Counted from the whole stretch's first letter, positions 24,987 to 37,475 are shown. The stretch: 59,110 nucleotides of DNA, filler included, from Sphacelaria rigidula (GCA_964200075.2; 4 parts of 4 records of this genome joined end to end with filler, not necessarily neighbours in it); one strand, 5' to 3'. Notes: generated by a model not told the origin, from the sequence alone. Numbers and translations are program-made.

Positions 24987-26913
24987 GTGAGTACCTTTGG
25001 GGTTCTGGTAGTTCGTTTTTCTTCCTGATTTGTGCGCTTATAATTGTGTGTGTGTATTTTTTTTTTTTCATTTTTGGGGTCTCGTAAAAAATGGTTTAAC
25101 GTCTGTGTAGGTTTCGACCACTGTATTGTCTACGTTATGCTGTAGTTTTTTTTCTTCATATTTTTCGTTTCCTCGTTTTTTTTTTGTCTTCCCGCAGACT
25201 TTTCGGGGTTACGGCAGGCTGCTTGCCGCTTCACGGAGGTGCGGTTTGTGTCACCTGTCCCTCTGTTTAGTTGGTTGTTGCATCTTGATAAAATGTATCG
25301 CTCGACCGCCGGGGCCTGAAAAATGCTCAGGAGACTACTGTGACGAGGAAAAATAGGGCACAAGGCGCCAGCCGATCGCATGTACAGTCAGGTGTACTAC
25401 GTTCTAGCGTTGATTATGTTGCAAGCCCAAAACCAAGCGGTAGTTGGGTGTACACCCGTACTTCGGCCTCTCGCTCGTTTGCCTGAAACCAACTCACCGC
25501 TCACCGACATGCACGTCAAGCGCGCCCAGAGTCTTCCATGATACGCAGCTTCTTTTTTTTCCCCCGTGTAGTCCGTTTCGGTGCGAAGATAGCTTATATT
25601 GACAATATTACCAATGTGACGGCTTTTGTTCATATCGAATAAGACTCGAAGAATGAAGTATGCCCAACACTACGCTGCGCCGCGGTGGTTTCAGTTCTTG
25701 CTTTGCCTCGGATACGTCTCTCACGTGACCTCGACTGGATCCCTGGGCGGTCAGTTAAAGTGCGACGATCAATCAATCATTGGCCAATAAGGTCATGCCA
25801 CGGAGGGTGTTGCACATTTGGGCCCAGGTGATTCTCGTTCGGGGGCTCTCAGAGTTAACAGCTGTGCGATAATATGGGTCAGGACATTCCCGTTTCATAA
25901 TTCATTCGAGATATTCCTTGCGCATTGAAAAGCTAGTCGTGGCGTGCTGTCACATATTTCACAACTCGTTTTTCGTATGAGATGAAGGTCTCCTAACAAT
26001 CCAAACCTGACAAATATGTTTTGCAACCCTACCGTATGTCTGCCATATGACCACTCTGGATCTGCGCGGGGTCAGTTAAAGGGCGACAATCAGTCAATCA
26101 AATCGCTGTACTCATGATCTTGCGTGCCGTAGTCAACATGACTATTGGCCTCGCATCCCTACAAAGCCGGGACGGAGCACGCCGGGTTATTTTCGCCGGA
26201 CCAGGCTCGCATTCGATCACCAAGCGCGAAGCGCCCTGGTGTGTTCGGCGAGTCGCATGAAGGGTGAGCTGCATCCTGCTAAGATTGTTCGGCCCGAAGC
26301 CTATTGATGATCGCGCATTAGAATGACAGCCTCCAGTGAGTTGCTTCATCTTCTGGTATCGCCACTTCCAGAGATAGCCACGACTTACTGACTGCCTCAT
26401 GGGTGACTCGTTATTGGGGAAGGTTGTGGGTTCGTGTCCGACGGGAAGGGTACATGTTGAGAAAAAACTGTTTTCCACCGCTGAAGCCGTGCGGGCGCGG
26501 TCAGCGAAGGAAATCTAACGAGACGCGACGCGGCCCGGGAGTGCTGATGATCATGATCCACTCCGCGACATCAAAATGGCATGCACGTACGGAGAGAGAT
26601 GGAGAGAGATGGGTCGAACCCTTCAGACTATGAAGACATGTCGAGGCGGGGGCAGGGGGGTCAACAGTATGGAAAGTAGAAAGCAAGACCAATCTTCTCT
26701 CCCCGCGTTCTTTTGTTTTTCAATGTGTACACACGGTAGCACACAAGCGCCAACAATGCTGTAGTCCCCATAAGCAAGACGCAGTCAGATTCAATAATGG
26801 GAACATATATTCGCAGCGACAACAGCGTGTTTCGCAAGGACACACGTGCAGTAAACGCCACGCTACTGTATTTTTATTTCTTTTTTGTCACAATTTTGAC
26901 CCCTATTTCCGTC

Positions 26914-27180
26914 CTCGGGGCGAGTCCGTGGTCTCAAGTGGTCAACCCGTCTCTCCCCGTCACACGCCTTAATTTTTGGCCTCGCGGATCAGGTTGGCAC
27001 TCCCACGCCGCGTCAACTCTCGTCGAACGAACTCCGCCAACTTAATTTTGTTCACTCACGCACGCACGATTTCGACGGTGGAAATCAGACACTTCGAAGA
27101 AAAAAATCAACGCGTCGGGAGTCGAACCCACGTTCTCTTCACCATTAAGTGACGGTCGGACCATTTTAATTCACACCACA
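26914..27180 (-). mobile_element. tRNA-derived SINE family 2
   Basis: Minus-strand B-box GGTTCGACTCC (27118-27128) and shared tail ggttgaccacttgagaccacggactcg. Confidence 0.6.
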
Positions 27181-27286
27181 GCGACGCAGCGGCTGTTGTC
27201 GCAGAATTTCCGTGGATCGCTATCTCATTCGCTTACCTGTGTATCTTGTCGCTTTCTCCCCGGAAAAAAAAAATGTTGAAAACCAG

Positions 27287-27416
27287 GGGGGAGGCCGAGC
27301 GGCGGATGACGAACACACTGGTGGGGTGTCACGGAGGGATCAACGTGCTTTGCGCCCGCGTGTGTCCCGGTGCGCGAGACATCGTGGCAAGCGGCGGTGC
27401 AGACAAGTCCCTGTTG
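27287..27416 (+). CDS. Coiled-coil + WD40 protein, coding exon 3 (first WD40 blade)
   Basis: cag|G GGG GAG...; GEAERRMTNTLVGCHGGINVLCARVCPGARDIVASGGADKSLL|gtaagt fits the WD40 pattern (GH...V......P...ASGG.D); later exons not found before the scaffold end. Confidence 0.8.
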
Positions 27417-27572
27417 GTAAGTAAGACTTGTGCCATATCATGCATTCTTGCATTGGTGTCAAAGTGCCCAGTTGGACGTTCGACTGCGCGACGTGGACTG
27501 CAAGTGCATTCGTACATCGAAATCAAGCCACGAAAAATAAATAATAATAAGCCACTGAATAAGAAAAAAATA

Positions 27573-28827
27573 TAGGGCTGTGAACTGGACCAGGTTGTAC
27601 TGGTGGTTGAACTGGAACTGGTGTTGAGGACTTCAGTTTAGCCAGTTTATTTGAAGTTTGCCGTACCGGCTATGTTCATATCAATTTTAGTATGGTGAGT
27701 TTATGACAAACATGCTTATATTATTACGAACAAAATGACAGTAGAATTAGGGCCTGCACCTGACAGGGGTACAAGTACAGACAGTACTCGTGGTATGAGC
27801 TGGGCCAGCCTAGAAGCGGATTTGGAGTGTGCAGGCCCATTCGCAATTTAATACTTGGAGTTGAACCCTAAATTTTGGTACTGACACTAAGCCGGTCGCC
27901 CCGGTGGCTCAGTTGGTAACCTCGGAACCTTCTGACGGTTGGGTCGTGGGTTTAATTCTCGGATCGATCTGGGATTTTTTCTCACACCATGCCCAACAGT
28001 GGAGAGCGACTAGGTGGTGGGTACATATATTTGGACTTGACGGTCGACGAGGGAAAAGGACTGCTGACCTCCTCTCGTGATAAAAAGTAAGAAGGCATGC
28101 ACCGCAGAAGGAAGGCGAGGTACTAAAAACAAATAAAGAAGAAAAAGCTCCTGTGTTGACCTTCCTCCTGTGAGACCCCGGCTGGTGCGCCTACATATGC
28201 CGACTGGTGTAGACCGGCGTCCAGAATGGAGGGGACGACAGCATTATTCACACACACTCAATAGGGCATGATGAAAAAATATATGCATGGACTCGAAGTT
28301 TTTCTTTTTCATGTTGAACGGCATTTTACTGAAACCTGAAAACTGATTATTACCTCTAACTCATGGAAAAAAACTCTTTCGGTCCACGCATAACTCTTTT
28401 TATTATGTCTTATTGATTGTCCATACCAATTTTTAGGGTCCAACTCTTAGTATGAAATTGTGGATGGGCCGTGTAAAAAATTTCAAACCGGGAAAATCGG
28501 AACAGTATTTTGCAGGCCACTTACCGGCCCACGTTTGGTGTTTGTGTACTGAAATTTTGTGTGGGACCTCGCTAGGGCATAATGAACCAAAACAAGTGGA
28601 TCAGTTTGTTTTTTCACTGGTTTAGGGCGTTTTAGTATGGTAACGACCATTTTTTTACGAGAACGCCCGAACCAGTTCCCCTCTCCCAAACAAATGAAGG
28701 CTTTTTCCCGTGGGGCCCTCTCACCAGCCGGGGGGCGAAGCCAATTAAGTAGAAAGACATCGATGCACTGGCCGCTGGCGCGGCCAGTTTCAACTTGACT
28801 GGCCAGAGCAGCCAGTTCACAGCCCTA
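27573..28827. mobile_element. TIR element (TAGGG ends, hAT-like) with a nested SINE
   Basis: Perfect 16-bp TIR tagggctgtgaactgg / ccagttcacagcccta; subterminal aactgg/ccagtt motifs; no clean 8-bp TSD. Confidence 0.65.
27891..28257 (+). mobile_element. tRNA(Gln)-derived SINE family 1, full-length copy
   Basis: A-box TGGCTCAGTTGG; anticodon-like arm AACC-TTCTGAC-GGTT (CTG); degenerate B-box; ~280-bp body shared with 45233-45575 and 53465-53836. Confidence 0.75.
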
Positions 28828-29098
28828 AAATACATAAGCTACGAAAAAAAAGCACATTTTCGAAAGGAAATGGAAGTTTCACGACAACTGGCTACTCCGC
28901 AGTGAAACTGTCGTTGACTCCGTTCACATCACGACTGAAAGCACTTCAAGTTGTCCGTTCGTCTGCCAGGAAACCAGTTTCTCGTTTTCAGGTCCTGATG
29001 TGGAACTGGTGAAGCGTACCCCGTTCCTTGGATCAAACTGGAGGACACTACAAGCTGTTCCGCGAAAGACCAAGAAAATCTAGTCAACGCCCATCTTC

Positions 29099-29374
29099 CA
29101 CGCCGTTTCCACCGTTTTCAGGAGTTGGGAGACGGGGTTCCAAACACGTGTTCCTGAAGTCAAGCCCGAGGTCACCAGTGTCTGAGTGTTTTTTTTTTAG
29201 TTCACTCGGATTCACCGTTTTTTTCGGGGGTCCCCGGCCATTTTCCTTCGAAGCGTACCGTGAGAAACTGGCCAAACCGAGAGAATTACACAAAAAATAC
29301 ACCGAGGCGACCTCGGGCTTGACTTCAGCAATACATGCGTAAAATTTTGTCCCCTGACCCGTGAAAACGGCGTG
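29099..29374. repeat. Foldback/MITE-like inverted repeat
   Basis: ctgaagtcaagcccgaggtc (29154-29173) vs gacctcgggcttgacttcag (29309-29328); outer cacgccgttt / aaacggcgtg. Confidence 0.65.
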
Positions 29375-29507
29375 AGCAATCGAGCAGAAGCGAAATTGTT
29401 GCGAGAATTTCCCCCCCCACCCCACACCCCAAATGAGTACACCCCCCCCCCCTCCCCTTCACCTAGTCCGGCGAAAACCCGGCGTGCTCCGTTCCGGCTT
29501 TGTAGGG

Positions 29508-29607
29508 NNNNNNNNNNNNNNNNNNNNNNNNNNNNNNNNNNNNNNNNNNNNTTAATTAATTAANNNNNNNNNNNNNNNNNNNNNNNNNNNNNNNNNNNNN
29601 NNNNNNN
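29508..29607. other. Artificial scaffold spacer
   Basis: 44N-TTAATTAATTAA-44N. Confidence 0.98.
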
Positions 29608-31395
29608 ACGGATTATACAACATGACTGCTTGCGCGTCATGGCGAGTCGACTCGTATAAATCTTGATTTGTCCTAACCGTGCACAAGTTGCCGAAACCCG
29701 AAAGCACCGGTGTGCCCGAAATTCGTCCCAATTTCGTTGAGAACCAAATCATCCCAGCCAAGGGGCGAGTATTGTAGTGGTGTCTCCGGTTCCTGATTTA
29801 TGTGAGCCTCAACTTGACACCAATGGCATGCACACGAAAACCTGCGAACGGAAGTCGAAACTAGCCACCAAACTACATCCGAAACACCGAGACCCAAATT
29901 CACGGAGATTGTCTGCGGTCTGTGACGCAACTAAATGATGTTCAGAATCAAGCGGAAAAAAGAAAACAAGGGTGCTCATAATGAGAATCGAGATCGGTGC
30001 GATCAAGAACGACTACTAAACAATCAGAACCCAAGGTGGAATACTGGGCAGGACCCACCGTGCCTACTCGGCCTGCAAGTTGATCGACCGATCAATCGAT
30101 TGAGTGACTGTCGCAGATCACTAAGTCCCCGAGGAAATCAGCCGTGACCACGAGAGAGACGTACCTAAGGCGGACCAAACGAAATCATGTGCTATGGGGT
30201 ACTAGAGAAAGGGAAGCGGTAAAGAAAGGAGAGCAGGGCAAACAGAGAAACTGAATCACCAGAGCTGGACCGGAACGAAAGACTCAACAAAAACAAAACG
30301 AAGAACGTAGAGGAGGGGAACAAGCTACGCCGGGCCGATAAAGAGAATCACTATGACCATAAACAAGAAATGGTCGACCTATTTGGTGTGGCTTCGGGTG
30401 AAAAGGCTGTACAACAAAAAGGCAGAAAAGAAAAACGAACAACATAAATTAAAACAAAACAGAACAGAACAGAACAGAACAAAAAGGGTCGTGGTGGTAG
30501 GTTGCGGCTGAGCTTGTACCGAGATATGCATTAATCCAGATACAGCGCACAACTTTTCGGAAAAACATCATTCATTTTCGGACATAAACGTTCCGACGAT
30601 GAAACCGCGGGGCTAGTTCTACACAGTGTAATCAAACCAGAACAAAGTGCACAACTTCCGAATTGAAGTTCTCCGCCTGACGGCGCTGAGTTCGGAACTG
30701 ACGAGCTGCTGTGGGATTGAAGGCAGGCAAAGCGCGTGGTGGGAAACCATCGTTCAAGTATTGTTCACTTCTCATACCCCGAGGCCGAATACGTACGCGA
30801 GTAAAGCCGTGGTAGCCCCCTTCCCCATGAAGGTGGCTGGTTTGAGGAAGCAAAATCTTCATGCGGATGAAAGTGACAAAAGCCGAGTACACCGCACAGG
30901 TGGGAACTTCTTCGCTTGGGATCGTTTCCACCAATACGGCCTGTATGAGGCGCATAGAAACCATCTATCATGCTCTGTACGGCCATTGTGTTCGTGACAG
31001 TTTTGGCGCTGATTTAGCGGGGGAAGAGGCATTGTACGAACATTCGCTTATCGAGGAGAGATCACTGATGAGTTGTGGTGTTTTTGTGAGTGCATCAGCC
31101 CCAACAATTCGCTACTGCGTGGAGTTTACACTGATCGAGACGCATGTGGTAATTTGCGTGCACACGGGGGGGGTACCTGGAATGTGTCGCCCCACTCACA
31201 GTAAAGATGACCCCAAGGTAGGAATATGGGGAGGGGGATCCAGCGACTCAACAGTGACAACCTCTAGGCCTTCGGAATACGACTGTCTGAGAGTACACGT
31301 TTTGCCCGAAATTTGTGCACAGTTCGTGTGGCTTCGGGCACGGACACAGCTCGTTTGGTGAAGAGCTGGACATGTGACGTGTATACTTCATTATA

Positions 31396-31608
31396 TCATG
31401 TTGAAAGCGTTACAGTACTTTCGCACAGACTAGGGAGGAGACTTTCGGCGTCACGTTGCCGTTGCACAAACCCGCGTTCACGTATCCTACACATGCGGTC
31501 AATGTTCGGCACCGATGGTCGTACATATATTTTCGAGGACCATGAGTCAATGGCGAGTAAGGTCAAGGTAGTGCGATTCACTTTTCAACCTCCGCGGTGT
31601 AAGGCAGA
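31396..31608 (-). CDS. Protein kinase, candidate last exon (subdomain XI; contains an in-frame TGA)
   Basis: tag|SALHRGG*KVNRTTLTLLAIDSWSSKIYVRPSVPNIDRMC... resembles L...W......RPS; TGA at 31585-31587. Confidence 0.4.
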
Positions 31609-31724
31609 CTAGGTGTGCTCGCATCGCGTTGTCATCAACGATATACGTATTTTCTCACGTAGCTTTCCTCATGCAACGGACCTCAACTCTGCAGATCAAC
31701 TGACCACTCTTCTCGCAGCATCAT

Positions 31725-31867
31725 TGCACACCCTGGACAATGGATTATATTATCAAAAATATATACTGCGTACAGTATGGAATCTGCTGCATGTTGCAAT
31801 AGGCGCAATCGTCGACACTGTACGCAGTACATTCTTTGACAGTGTATTCTATTGTCCAGGGTATGCA
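31725..31867. repeat. Small intronic hairpin/MITE
   Basis: tgcacaccctggacaatgga...actgcgtacagt vs actgtacgcagt...attgtccagggtatgca. Confidence 0.6.
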
Positions 31868-32194
31868 TCAGTGAGACATCGCCGAATGATAGTGTGTCTG
31901 TTCCACTGCTCCTAAGCACCACAGTCACCTGAGTTTGAATATACACACGCTGGGCGTAAAGAGGTTGAGACATGGCCGAATGATTGTGCATCTGTTCTAT
32001 TTTCCTCAAACGCTGTGGTCACCTGGGCTGGAAAGTACACAAATGTCAAACGTCAATTGAGAGACGTGTTTGTGCTTGTTGACGATGCTTGTGCGTACAT
32101 AGGGTGACAGTATGTAACGGAAAACGATACTGTAACTCACGAACCCGATCCCTACCCCTACATGAGACCCCCAACAAGTTTGAACAGCACTCAC

Positions 32195-32290
32195 CGAGCG
32201 CAGAGCAGGAAGGTCTGTCCTCATGTTCTCAGGCACGAGGAACTTTTCGATGACGCTCATGTCCACCATCGTCCGAGACATCACTTTTGT
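32195..32290 (-). CDS. Protein kinase exon (C-lobe)
   Basis: cag|TKVMSRTMVDMSVIEKFLVPENMRTDLPALRS|gtgagt; 96 nt, phase 0-0. Confidence 0.65.
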
Positions 32291-32737
32291 CTGCGCATTA
32301 CAACAGTTGGCGAGAAAATGTCGTACAATGGAAACCAGAATAGTCTGCTAATGCGTCCTGAACTACTTCCGCACGCTTCGTTGAAACGAGACCAACGCAT
32401 ATGCCGTGTTGCATGAATATAAATACACAAGCGAATGCCGGTGCAAACGGGGAGAAGACCTCTTAGACATTCATCCCTGTACAGCGGTCGGCGACAAATC
32501 CACTTTTACCAGGTAGTTGACAAGTTCATTCGTCGAACTTACACTGTTCGGTTGATTCAACAAAAATAGGCCATGCCTGGCTGCCAAGGCATTACACACA
32601 GCGCGCCCTCTTGATAACTGCTGGGCAGTAATGTAACACCTGCAGGTTGACACCAACGTACCCTGCGGTAGGGTTGTGTGGTTTGTGTGGTTTGTGTGGG
32701 TTGGCTGGTTTGGTGTTGTGGCTCGGAAGCCTCTCAC

Positions 32738-32818
32738 CTCGAACTCGTTCAACAAGTTGCCATCGCCGGTGTTCTCCACCACCGTGCGCATGTGCTGCTC
32801 TTCAGGCGTAAACAGGAT
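32738..32818 (-). CDS. Protein kinase exon (C-lobe)
   Basis: cag|ILFTPEEQHMRTVVENTGDGNLLNEFE|gtgaga; 81 nt, phase 0-0. Confidence 0.65.
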
Positions 32819-33495
32819 CTGAGGAACGGCGTAAAAAATGCCGCAAGGGATGACGGAGTTACACTGCTGGTGTGCACACACTGCACTCACACGCTCCGCC
32901 TTGAGTCATGATACTATAGGTGAAGGAACGCCAAGCCTCGAGATCGCAAGTGGGTAGGTTTCTCTAGGGAACGGAAGGCACGACATACACCAAAAGAACT
33001 CACGGAAAGCATCACAATGTGCCACACGTATTTCGTGTCCACTCTGCGGCAGCTGTGCGAGATACGTCGGGTTGGTCATACTACAAGGTTGACCGGTAGT
33101 TCGGATGATATCAGGCGTGAACTGAGCTATGTGGTGCACGCGTCACACACCAACAGACGGGTAAAAGGGCGCATGTAACACACCGGGGATTGACCAAGCA
33201 GATGTATACACGCGTTGCATTTTCATACATACCTGTCAGCTTGCCTCCACAAAACGTACGCTACAAAAGTGTACCACCTCCTCGTCAGTACCTACAACTT
33301 GACTTGAACATATTGAGAGTGTAATAGGTCTTCTGCACTATTCCACAGATAGTCGAAAAGAAACGAAGGCCCGCTACACATGACGCGATACGAAAACCAC
33401 CTCAACTATCTACCCCGAACACTGGTTCCATCGCGAGCACCAGACTCAGCCCAGCCCCTCAACCAACCACTAATTATCATCCAAAACAAACGCAC

Positions 33496-33680
33496 AGGAT
33501 TGGTGAATATGTTGCAGCACCGGAGATGGTCCTTGATCAGCGCTCCGCCCGCCATAGCCCCCACCGCAAACACGTCTTGCGAGCCGCAAGCGGTAACCCC
33601 TCGGCCTTTACACCGGCCGAACACCTCGGGAGGCGTGTAGCCCGGCGTTCCGCGCCCGTTGTCGCGGCTCTGACCAACGC
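33496..33680 (-). CDS. Protein kinase exon (subdomains VIII-IX)
   Basis: cag|(S)VGQSRDNGRGTPGYTPPEVFG...SQDVFAVGAM...NIFTNP|gtgcgt; phase 1-0. Confidence 0.88.
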
Positions 33681-34904
33681 CTGAAGGTGATACAGAAAGG
33701 TGAAGGTTCGCGCTTAAAATCGTGTTTACGGTTTGAGTTGGGATCGGTTACTCATGTGGTCAAAATCAGGCTTCCATGAGACGGTGTTGATGCTAGTCAA
33801 CATGGGGGACAAGCAAGCACATAGGCCCCGCGCTGTTGTATCACGCCCAGGGTGGGAGGGGGTGGTAATGGAGAGGTTCGATGTAACGATACGCGCACAT
33901 GAGGCACATAACGTATACTCCACGGTGCTTGAGCGAATTGCTTAAACGTTCAGGACACGGCTCCGAAGCCAACCACAAGCAACAAAAACAACTGCCGACG
34001 CAAAGCTGCTGCTAATCTACATGCTACACTTGGGGTACGAGCGAAATGGGCCAAAACGATTATTCGGGGCAAGCAGCCTCAACAACAGCAGAGCATAACG
34101 CAGAAGGTGGGTTCTCTGCAACCGAGCAAGCACCTCGGACTGCGTCGCGCCCTGTGATCGGACGCCATGGCATGTTTATCCCTCCACACGACGTGATCAC
34201 ACCAGAGCACCACCTGCTAGCTGCCGTTGGGGGGCGGTTTAGTACGAACGCTAGCACGCCTGAATTCTCGCCCAAATGTCCCGAAATTCCGTGATCAAAC
34301 CCAGCACTGAGGGAAATTTCCACTCCGTACAACAACGGGTGGGATTTCTCAGCGCTTGGAAGTGAACATATCTCAGATTCCTCTCTCTATTAATAGGTTC
34401 CAGAGCTAGCACGTGCAATTTCGACGAGAGGATCATATGGACTACTCGAACGCCTTGCTCACCGTGCAAATATGCTCGTCACTTGGGTTTCGAAGATGGA
34501 CAGATTTTCAGTCGTTCGGTTTCAGAGGCTGACAGCATCAAAATCATAACAACCGACGCTGCGGGAGACATTCGAATGACCGATACGCTCCTCCCCTCGA
34601 ACTTCAGTTTGGTTTTTTTCTGTCGAAATCGAGTGAAAAACCACGAGAGGTACGGTTTGGTCTTTGGTGTTGGCATCCGCTCGTACCGTCGACGTGGTGA
34701 TGGAGGGGGGACTAGTTCACGCACGCCGGTGTGCATTATATTGTCGTGCATATTCGATGGGATACAGTCGATGAAACATTGACTGTCTTACGTGTGCGCC
34801 ATCCAGTACTTCACTGAAACTTGAGGATTGGGAACCGGTGAGAAGAAACAAACACGGAGCTAAACCCATCATCTGTGCCTATTGCACTGGTGTACTGCAC
34901 TCAC

Positions 34905-35065
34905 TCATAGCATAGCCAAAGTCGGCTATGACCGCCATATCGTGCCAGCCACCATCGCGACCATGCGGCTGCCTCCTGATGAGAAGGTTGTTGCTCTTCA
35001 CATCAGCGTGAACGATCGCACGGTCGTGGCACCACGCTAGCCCGGACGCCCCCTCCGCCAGAAAT
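34905..35065 (-). CDS. Protein kinase exon (subdomains VIa-VII: HADVKSNN, DFG)
   Basis: cag|(R)FLAEGASGLAWCHDRAIVHADVKSNNLLI...AVIADFGYAM A|gtgagt; phase 2-1. Confidence 0.92.
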
Positions 35066-35149
35066 CTGCACCACAACAGTCCGGATATGGTCAGGTATGG
35101 GGTTGCGGTCAGGGGCTATCGTTGGGATTGGAAGTAGGCGGTACGATCG

Positions 35150-35720
35150 GTGCTCAGGTAGCATCGCGGTCAGAGCCAGAGCAGTCGCCTAAGGAGGACC
35201 AGCTAACCAAACAAAAAATTGGCTTGTATGTCATGTACCGACCAATGCCAAGCCATGAGGCCTTCGTCCACGAATAGAGCGGAGAAATCACATCTGAAGC
35301 ACCCTTCGCGATATACCTGCAAACCGCACCGAGAAAGGACTGGAACAAACACAAATGATTTTGGTACAGTGCCGTGAGCTTGCACCATTCCTTCGAATAA
35401 GGAAACCACACCTCCCGCACGAACATGGAGGCCAAATCGAAGAGTGTGATGTGTGTGGGGGGGGCGACTGAGAGGGCGTGAACGAAACGATCGAGGCCAT
35501 AGGTGCCCCTTCGTGCGAAACGCGATTAGCCTCAGTTGTCTCTGATGTTGTTTTGCTGCCGCGCGTAACGCGAAATCGTCGTGCCCGAAGAATTTGGGTA
35601 CTCGAAAGTAGTGCCGGGGATGATCGAAAGCTGGCATCATGGCCGGGCGAGCGGTTTTGATGAAGCGCGGAAAAAGTGTCCGTGTTTCATCTCTGGTCAA
35701 TGACTCGCTCTTGGAGAAGC
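35150..35720 (-). mobile_element. Decayed piggyBac-like (DDE_Tnp_1_7-type) transposase remnant in a kinase intron
   Basis: Across frameshifts: HYFRVPKFFGHDDFA..., EWCKLTAL..., ALFVDEGLMAW / G.GRYMTYKP, matching the VDE.M..W.G......KP pattern. Confidence 0.4.
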
Positions 35721-36091
35721 TCGAGTGGTGTCGGCGACAAAATGAACGACCAATGAACAGTAGTTGTACTCACAGTGCAGCCACGCACACGTTGCCTACA
35801 TCTATCTCCTGTTCTCACGGGAGGAAATCTCTCGGGCGTGTTGTGCACCCCTTTAGGTGGTCGACGGCATGAAGACGGATAACAGGTCGTGCCGACACAC
35901 ATCGCCATACGATCGATGACGGGATACAGACGCCGACAGTGCGGAGTACGGCGCACTCGTCTCCCGCGCTGTTTTGCTGTACATTTCCCACCGCCCCAAT
36001 CCATTTGTCCGCGATGAAATACTACTTGCACTCGGTGTTACCGGTACTCAACCTTCGAATCGTTACCGTACATGTACCTCTCATGTATCAC

Positions 36092-36241
36092 CTGAGCACA
36101 TCAGCCGTGGAGTGTTTTCTGGGGTTTGTGCCGTACACGATGTCAGCCATCGTGCCCACACATAGCTCCATCAGTATAGGAGCCCCCGGCTTGCCGTCAT
36201 CGGCGGCGACCATGGCGACTACATTGTCGCAACCTCGGACC
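36092..36241 (-). CDS. Protein kinase exon (subdomains IV-V)
   Basis: cag|G VRGCDNVVAMVAADDGKPGAPILMELCVGTMADIVYG...DVL AG|gtgata; phase 2-2. Confidence 0.85.
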
Positions 36242-36277
36242 CTGGATTCATGTAGATGGCCACGGAAACAGCGGACG

Positions 36278-36424
36278 AATAATAATACTTGGTATTATAA
36301 TGAAACAATAATTATTATCATGATAATACTATTACTAATGCGAATACTAATACTAATACTAATATTGCTATTGATAGTTATGATTATAATGACAATGTCA
36401 ATAATAGTACTACTACCACTACTT

Positions 36425-36468
<44 letters not shown>

Positions 36469-36499
36469 GATGTTAATGATAATAACAATACAAATGAAG

Positions 36500-36530
<31 letters not shown>

Positions 36531-36590
36531 ACTGACAATAATAATGATCAATAATACTAATATAATGACAATAAATAGTAATGATGATGA
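36278..36590. repeat. (AAT/ACT)n compound microsatellite
   Basis: Direct reading; explains the poly-I/L/S ORFs in the track. Confidence 0.95.
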
Positions 36591-36799
36591 CAGCAGTTAC
36601 CGCAAGTTTGGTCACTTGAAAACGACTGAATTGTTAGTCGCTATCCGGACAACACACGACCAGATATTTGCACGATTAGTGGACAACCCTTGGTGTTATT
36701 CCGTGAGACAACTCCGCGAAGTCGTGGATTTTTTCTCGACAGACTAGTTCAGGTTGCTGTGCGCCACGAGCTTAGGGGAGCAGGAACGAGTGTCATCGC

Positions 36800-36852
36800 A
36801 ATTGCAAAACCTTCGCCTCAGCCTTGATCACGTACAAACTGTTCTTGCCTGC
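36800..36852 (-). CDS. Protein kinase exon (alphaC, subdomain III), non-canonical splice sites
   Basis: aag|AGKNSLYVIKAEAKVLQ TT|gcgatg; joins in phase to give IKAEAKVLQLVRGCDNVV; the donor is GC. Confidence 0.65.
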
Positions 36853-37039
36853 CTTGTTTGCCGTCATTTTCCTATCGTCACACTACCATGTCTATGTTGT
36901 GCGCACGAAAGCGACAGAAGAGAAGGGTCGAATCCTGCACCAGTTTATCAACTAATCGAATAATCAGTCGCTGCTCCGACGCCGAAGTCCCTGACAAGAT
37001 GCCTTTGACACATTCCAAATTGGCAAGCTAAGGGCAAAA

Positions 37040-37475
37040 AACACGGGATTTTACAAATTGGGGTGGAGTTTTCATTGGGGAAGAGAATCCGGAGAATGTA
37101 AATCTTCGTATCCACACAAAATCTTCGACATATGGTTCCATTCCTTCACTTGCTGGTAGCTATTGGCAACTATTGCACGCCATATAAAAACGGATTTCGA
37201 TAACCGAAATGTTGGGGTCCTAGGTGAAAAACCAATTTCGGGGAATTTAGGTAATCCGATCGGACCCCAAACTTGGTTTTTCACCTACGATCCCAACATT
37301 TCGGTTGTCGAAATCCAAATTTTATGACATGCAGTACTTGTCAATAGCTATCAGCAAGTGAAGAAATGGAACCATATTTCGAAGATTTGGTGAGGATACG
37401 AAGATTATAGATTATAATTCGCCGGGTTCTCATCCCCAATAAAAACTCCATCCCCAATCTATAAAATCCCGTGTT
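37040..37475. mobile_element. Foldback element, ~200-bp arms with a short loop (intronic)
   Basis: aacacgggattttacaaattggggtggagtttt...aggtgaaaaaccaa vs ttggtttttcacct...aaaactccatccccaatctataaaatcccgtgtt. Confidence 0.8.
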
